64,000 nucleotides of DNA from Scyliorhinus canicula (Eukaryota). A program made the position numbers and the translations under genes. The notes under the pieces are model-generated. The model worked only from the letters and a program-made list of their open reading frames with translations, was not told the DNA's origin and did not search any database. Of the stretch, positions 61,801 through 64,000 are shown piece after piece. How positions within the stretch are numbered: the stretch's first letter is position 1; every line of letters begins with the position of its first letter. Location: positions 159,380,754-159,444,753 of the forward strand of contig NC_052154.1 of assembly GCF_902713615.1 (NCBI RefSeq). Reading direction: 5' to 3'.

Positions 61801-62111
61801 CGGGGCCCCCCCTGCAACAGGCAGGCCAGGCAACAAACACCGAGTTGTCAATCGGTTGTGAAAGAGCCAGCGCCGGAGTATTTCTCTGTTATTGTCCGGG
61901 CGCCATTTTGTCAGGAGGGGTTTCTTCACGCGATGTTTTTTTTAAAAGCTCCCCCCCCCCCACCCCACCCCACCCCACACTTATTGCGCAGGACCCGTGC
62001 ACCGCGGGACGTTCGTTTACCTGTCGGAGTGACGAGCCACACTGCCAGCAGAGCCCCACACAGGAATGTCCACCCACCACGGTTCATCGCCACTCCAGTC
62101 GCCGCAGCCAT
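7997..62111 (-). CDS. NCR3LG1: B7-H6/NCR3LG1-like gene, 12 coding exons: SP-IgV-IgC1-TM-(IgC1)x6-linker-IgC1; predicted 1093 aa
   Basis: Twelve exons, all phase 1, with AG acceptors and GT donors (one GC), sum to 3282 nt in one frame. Leader, V and first C1 resemble B7-H6 as I recall it: [18 protein letters not shown]; [26 protein letters not shown]; [12 protein letters not shown]...[11 protein letters not shown]...YRCVVTHRS. The symbol means 'like'; orthology is not tested. Confidence 0.8.
8602..8950 (-). mobile_element. V-SINE
   Basis: Reverse complement of the 5776-6133 family. Confidence 0.9.
8951..13790 (-). mobile_element. Rex1/Babar-like LINE remnant split by a CR1 insertion (arms 8951-9884 and ~13596-13790)
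   Basis: RT motifs [16 protein letters not shown] and KELVIDFRK. The two arms join into sequence colinear with the second copy at 21270-21480. Confidence 0.75.
9885..13595 (-). mobile_element. CR1 LINE (HER1-like): 5'-truncated ORF1 esterase (13092-13577), ORF2 APE-RT with one frameshift near 12440, SINE fragment in the 3'UTR (~9970-10165)
   Basis: VHIGTND and DGLHLN (SGNH); [38 protein letters not shown]. Confidence 0.95.
14915..17975 (-). mobile_element. CR1 LINE, complete ORF2 broken only by an in-frame TGA at 16918-16920; ORF1 stub
   Basis: ORFs 16918-17907 (APE) and 15004-16890 (RT) are in the same frame; (CTATGTT)n 3' tail. Confidence 0.95.
18404..18451 (-). CDS. Exon 11, 48-nt charged linker microexon [16 protein letters not shown]
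   Basis: Strong acceptor ttgtttctctgttcag| and donor GAAG|gtaaag; exactly 16 codons, phase 1-1, no stop; lies in unique sequence between repeats. Confidence 0.65.
18620..22625 (+). mobile_element. Heavily decayed L1-clade LINE interrupted by a Rex1-like element
   Basis: [32 protein letters not shown] and [13 protein letters not shown] at 19570-19955; AATAAA-type 3' end near 22615. The 5' boundary is approximate. Confidence 0.65.
20320..22272 (-). mobile_element. Rex1/Babar-like LINE, 5' truncated, frameshifted RT
   Basis: ORFs 21966-22322, 21247-21912 ([36 protein letters not shown]) and 20703-21212 (FADDTT). Confidence 0.9.
22745..23059 (-). CDS. Exon 10, post-TM Ig C1 domain 6 (105 codons)
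   Basis: Acceptor tatttgtttttcag|, donor CAAG|gtgtgt; [11 protein letters not shown]...KWFKN...FRCEVLH (B-strand Cys replaced by Val). Confidence 0.9.
24819..25130 (-). CDS. Exon 9, post-TM Ig C1 domain 5 (104 codons)
   Basis: Acceptor aatctttacag|, donor CCAG|gtaggt; [10 protein letters not shown]...FWRKNG...EFSFHVNH (F-strand Cys replaced by Phe). Confidence 0.92.
25216..25299. repeat. Local ~42-bp tandem duplication
   Basis: TTTTCCCCC(C)AAATGT(T/G)GATGTTTATACAAGGACAGTCACCA occurs twice. Confidence 0.85.
27999..28316 (-). CDS. Exon 8, post-TM Ig C1 domain 4 (106 codons)
   Basis: Acceptor tatccatgcag|, donor ATGG|gtaagt; [10 protein letters not shown]...FWF...EFKMQILH (F-strand Cys replaced by Met). 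Confidence 0.92.
31851..32204 (-). mobile_element. V-SINE (adjacent inverted copy at 31416-31730, plus strand)
   Basis: Same family as 5776-6133. Confidence 0.9.
33115..33426 (-). CDS. Exon 7, post-TM Ig C1 domain 3 (104 codons)
   Basis: Acceptor tgtttcttattcag|, donor CTGG|gtaagc; [10 protein letters not shown]...VTW...DGLY...FRCQVEH. Confidence 0.93.
33652..34032 (-). CDS. Exon 6, post-TM Ig C1 domain 2 (127 codons)
   Basis: Acceptor ttcttgttcccaaag|, donor ACAG|gtatgt; [10 protein letters not shown]...RW...YICEVQH. Confidence 0.92.
34260..34685 (-). CDS. Exon 5, post-TM divergent Ig C1 domain 1 (142 codons)
   Basis: Acceptor ttttgttttattag|, donor GGAG|gtaaat; open 426 nt; [13 protein letters not shown] and FHVHH motifs; both canonical Cys and the Trp are replaced. 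Confidence 0.85.
35620..35890 (+). mobile_element. Second SINE family with AAGCCTACTTGTGACAATAAAGATTATT-type tail (copies at 23820-24100 -, 25540-25700 -, 39085-39270 +, 52485-52780 +, 60945-61245 +, 62655-62920 -)
   Basis: Recurring GGACATTCTGAATTCTCCCT body and TTTTCACAGTAACTTCATT...AAGCCTACTTGT tail. Confidence 0.8.
36042..36393 (+). mobile_element. V-SINE, full length (further copies at 29570-29865 -, 37205-37548 -, 44004-44330 +, 62946-63255 +, 27560-27770 -, 30970-31175 +)
   Basis: Shared head, V-core and tail; boundaries approximate. Confidence 0.88.
36780..37060 (-). mobile_element. Penelope-like element fragment (C-terminal GIY-YIG endonuclease region)
   Basis: Translation [29 protein letters not shown] resembles the vertebrate PLE C-terminus. 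Confidence 0.6.
37955..38068 (-). CDS. Exon 4, transmembrane helix [38 protein letters not shown]
   Basis: Acceptor tttcaactttcag|, donor GGAG|gtaatg, 114 nt, phase 1-1; about 25 hydrophobic residues followed by KIK (positive-inside). Confidence 0.9.
38380..39760 (-). mobile_element. Old CR1 RT 3' fragment with a short SINE inserted at ~39085-39270
   Basis: [11 protein letters not shown] and [15 protein letters not shown] in broken frames. Confidence 0.85.
40955..41630. mobile_element. GC-rich non-autonomous element with terminal inverted repeats, flanked by a CAAT duplication
   Basis: Left end GGCCGCGATTCTCCGC; right end GCGGAGAATCGCGCC; CAAT at 40951-40954 and 41631-41634. Confidence 0.7.
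43495..43827 (-). CDS. Exon 3, extracellular Ig C1 domain (111 codons)
   Basis: Acceptor ctttcttgcag|; motifs C-x4-FYP-x5-W and Y-x-C-x-V-x-H; NVT sequon; donor is the GC-type ACAG|gcaagt. Confidence 0.93.
46162..46494 (-). CDS. Exon 2, Ig V-set domain (111 codons)
   Basis: Acceptor tctgtctatttag|, donor TCAG|gtaaga. Contains B-strand Cys (FLEC), C-strand Trp (VQW) and D-x-G-x-Y-x-C (DEEGKYTC). Confidence 0.95.
47675..51295 (+). mobile_element. CR1 LINE: 5'UTR-like head, internally deleted ORF1 (47826-48170), ORF2 48170-51210 with one frameshift near 49800
   Basis: HIGTND, DGLHL; [28 protein letters not shown]; 3' tail CCTACTCCTGCTCCTAGTTCTTATG. Confidence 0.95.
51296..53700. mobile_element. 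Cluster of older CR1 fragments in both orientations with a SINE at 52485-52780
   Basis: [15 protein letters not shown] (51201-51530) and further broken RT motifs. Confidence 0.7.
55476..55764 (-). repeat. 3' LTR
   Basis: 289 bp; 8 mismatches to the 5' LTR by manual alignment (about 97% identity). Confidence 0.95.
55840..58609 (-). pseudogene. Gypsy Pol split by frameshifts: protease and RT (57452-58609), RNase H (57040-57519), integrase (56420-57076, 55840-56607)
   Basis: LFDSGS; [19 protein letters not shown]; [13 protein letters not shown]; HxxxxH...Cxx[18 protein letters not shown]. Confidence 0.9.
58522..59769 (-). CDS. Gypsy Gag with two CCHC knuckles (3' part of the ORF probably out of frame)
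   Basis: [14 protein letters not shown] and [14 protein letters not shown]. Confidence 0.85.
   Translation of the reverse strand: MESAVKPGRLELDPQDAEAKEIFSHWLRCFKAYLAEASTAETTEEQKLSLLHARVSHRISPQLNLAGSYTAALAVLNKIYVRPINEVYARHVFMTRRQRPTESLAEFLRELNHSSNDCNYQAVTAAEHRKLAVRDVFVVGLRSNYVRQRLLEKGPQDLETTVEAATMMEVSFRSLNSFPADPATQSWAPDQRLPQACATWPPSHHAAPASHYAAPDCHFCGQNQHPRQHCPARNTTCSSCRRKGHYARVCLAKRAPASSSPAAKVIARLTRRPAGPEALRPMPRLRPLQPRAIHGGRHLGKPPPRGRSRATHGACHLGRHLPRRPPRAIHGPDLHLRARTTHRKNTTMNSEGSHHGATPAQLIEPPTTRNSVQSLWTNHARSICEMRWQRFKSTGTKRHASSTPGALRASDIQTW
59803..60091 (-). repeat. 5' LTR
   Basis: 289 bp; TATA-like TATAAGTA on the minus strand at 59932-59939; ATTAAA hexamer. Confidence 0.95.
61680..61770 (-). 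ncRNA. Penelope-like terminal-repeat fragment containing a minimal type I hammerhead ribozyme motif
   Basis: Minus strand AAAAAC-CTGAGGA-A-GGAGC-AGT-GCTCC-GAA-AGCT-A-GTGTTT. Confidence 0.6.
62021..62111 (-). CDS. Exon 1, signal peptide [30 protein letters not shown]
   Basis: ATG at 62111-62109 in a CpG-rich region; basic residue followed by a hydrophobic core; donor ACAG|gtaaac in phase 1, which joins the V exon as GAA (E). Confidence 0.85.
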
Positions 62112-62250
62112 TTCGTGAAATAAGGCGGAGAAAAAAAAAACAGCCGTTTTACTTTCGATTTCGCACCTTCCTGTTCACGTCATTCACTATTTCACTCATC
62201 ACAAGACGGTGGTCAAGGCCACCCGTGATTTGAACTGGAATTCCATCCAC
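62112..62250 (-). promoter_or_regulatory. Proximal promoter / 5'UTR with ISRE(IRF), ETS, CRE and kB-like motifs
   Basis: Plus-strand ACTTTCGATTTCG at 62151-62163 (reverse complement GAAATCGAAAGT), CTTCCTG at 62167-62173, TTCACGTCA at 62174-62182, TTCACTATTTCACT at 62183-62196, TGGAATTCCA at 62236-62245; CpG-rich surroundings. Confidence 0.6.
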
Positions 62251-64000
62251 CGCCCTGAAAACCATCGTGTTTCTTGAGCCCGCTGCTCATAACCAGGCCC
62301 CACTTTCTTTGTTTTTGTCGTTGCTGCATTTCTTTGGAAATGTTTCTCTGCCGCCGCCGCAAGAACCCGAAATCCTTGAACTCCTGATAAGGGTCAGTGG
62401 TTGAAGGCGGCTGAGGGACAGACTGTGAAAAAGATGTTTCTCACAGATTTTTTTTTAAGGGCAGCTGATAAAAAGAAAAAAAAGAGACCCGAGTGAACGC
62501 AGCGACCAGAGGGTAGTCAGTTTACCCACATAAGCGTTTAGTTAGCAGCAGAGTTGACACTGAAATGGTACCACGTCAAGAACAAGCTGGAGTGGAATAT
62601 AATGCATCAACTGCTTGTAAAAAAAACAAATACAGATTTAGGAGAAATGATCTATGTTAGTATCACAAGTAGGCTTGCATTAACACTGCAATGAAGTTAC
62701 TGTGAAAAGCCCCCAGTCGCCACATTCCCGCGCCTATTTGGGTACACTGGGGGAATTCAAAATGTCCAATTCACCTGGCGAGCACATCTTTTGGGACTTG
62801 TGGGAGGAAATCCACGCAGACACGGGAAGAACGTGCAGACTCCGTACAGACAGTGACCTAAGCCGAGAATCAAACTTGGGTTCCTGGTGGTGTGAAGCAA
62901 CAGTGCCAACCACTACTCCCGTGCCATGCACGTATGTGGGCTTTGGGCAGCACAGTAGCACAAGTGGATAGCACTGTGGCTTCACAGCGCCAAGGTCCCA
63001 GGTTCGATTCTCCGCTGGGTCACTCAGTGTGGATTTTGCATGTTGTCCCTGTGTCTGCGTGGGTTTCCTCCGGGTGTTCTGGTTTCCTCCCACAGTCCAA
63101 AGACGTGCAGGTTAGGTGGATTGGCCATGTTAAATTGCCCTTCATGACCAAAAAGGTTAGGAGGGGTTATTGGGTTACGGGGCTAGGGTGGAAGTGACGG
63201 CTTAAGTGGGTCAGTGCAGGCTCGATGGGCCAAATGGCCTCCTTCTGCACTATGTTCTATGCTAAAGTTATATGATGCCATGTTCATTATTCTCACAATG
63301 ACAATGTCAGAGATTCTAAGCAAGAACAACAATGTATTTATATAGCGCCTTCAGCTGAATAAAATGTCCTAAAACACTTCACAAGGGTATTAGAAAACAA
63401 AGTCTGAGGCTGAGCCACAAAAGAAAGCTTATGTCAGATAATCACAAGCTTGGTCAAATGGTTGTAAGGGGTGGCTTCAAGGAGTGTTTAAATGGTGCAC
63501 GATGATAAGAGGCACAGCATGTCTTGAGGGTGTTTGGCCCGGCTGATGGAAAATGTAAAAGCAATCTACCGCAGCTGCTGAAATCTGAAATATTCAGTCA
63601 TATGCACTCGAAACATTTTGTGTAACAAATTACTGAGTGCTATCAGCATAGATACGATTCCAAAGAAACTTTCCCAAGCTTTCCAATGCAAGTAACTGTT
63701 TGTTGCTTAATGTATCTTTTAGATACAGTGCTGCAGTGAGAGGATGCAGAATAGATTCAACAGGATATTCCTTGGCTGGAGCGTTTCAGCTTTGAAGAGA
63801 GGTTGGCCGTGTTGAGGTTGTTTTCGTCAGAGCAGAGAGGGCTAAGGCGGGCCGGGGGGGGGGGGGGGGGGGGGGGGGATGGACCTGATTGAAGTGTATA
63901 GAATAATGAGGGATGTCAATTGGGTAGATAGGAAATAACTTTTCCACTTTCGTAGAGGGATCAATAACCAGGGGAGGCGCTGATTTGAAATGAAATGAAA

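Noticed and set aside
37955-62111. Tapasin-like, SIRP-like or butyrophilin identity for the V-C1-TM module
   Set aside because: These share the architecture, but leader, V (GDASL...IQL.E.G.Y.C.V.VTP) and C1 motifs match B7-H6 better from memory. Not formally excluded without a phylogeny.
1-64000. CRISPR arrays, rRNA genes or prokaryotic systems
   Set aside because: None seen. The repeats are dispersed eukaryotic retroelements, not regularly spaced direct repeats.

Overview
Vertebrate genomic DNA, most likely a shark (inferred from the V-SINE, CR1, Rex1-like, Penelope-like and Gypsy repeat content). One complete 12-exon gene can be assembled on the minus strand across about 54 kb, from the ATG at 62111 to the TGA at 7997. 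The predicted CDS is 3282 nt (1093 aa) and every intron is phase 1. The N-terminal part is B7-H6/NCR3LG1-like: signal peptide, IgV, IgC1, single transmembrane helix. After the TM exon the frame continues through SEVEN more Ig C1-type exons plus a 48-nt linker exon, with no second TM. The predicted product is therefore a B7-family receptor/ligand with an approximately 800-aa intracellular array of Ig C1 domains. Five of these seven domains have lost a canonical disulfide cysteine, as expected for cytosolic domains. The promoter carries ISRE/IRF, CRE and ETS-like motifs. Introns hold three long CR1 LINEs, two L1 remnants, two Rex1-like LINEs, a full-length Gypsy LTR element, Penelope fragments and many SINEs. 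All three long CR1s have an in-phase U_UUA_AAC -1 slippery site at the ORF1/ORF2 junction. The Gypsy element has a self-complementary, tRNA-less primer site, and one Penelope fragment carries a minimal hammerhead motif in the sense orientation. Exon structure is predicted from sequence only, with no transcript data.
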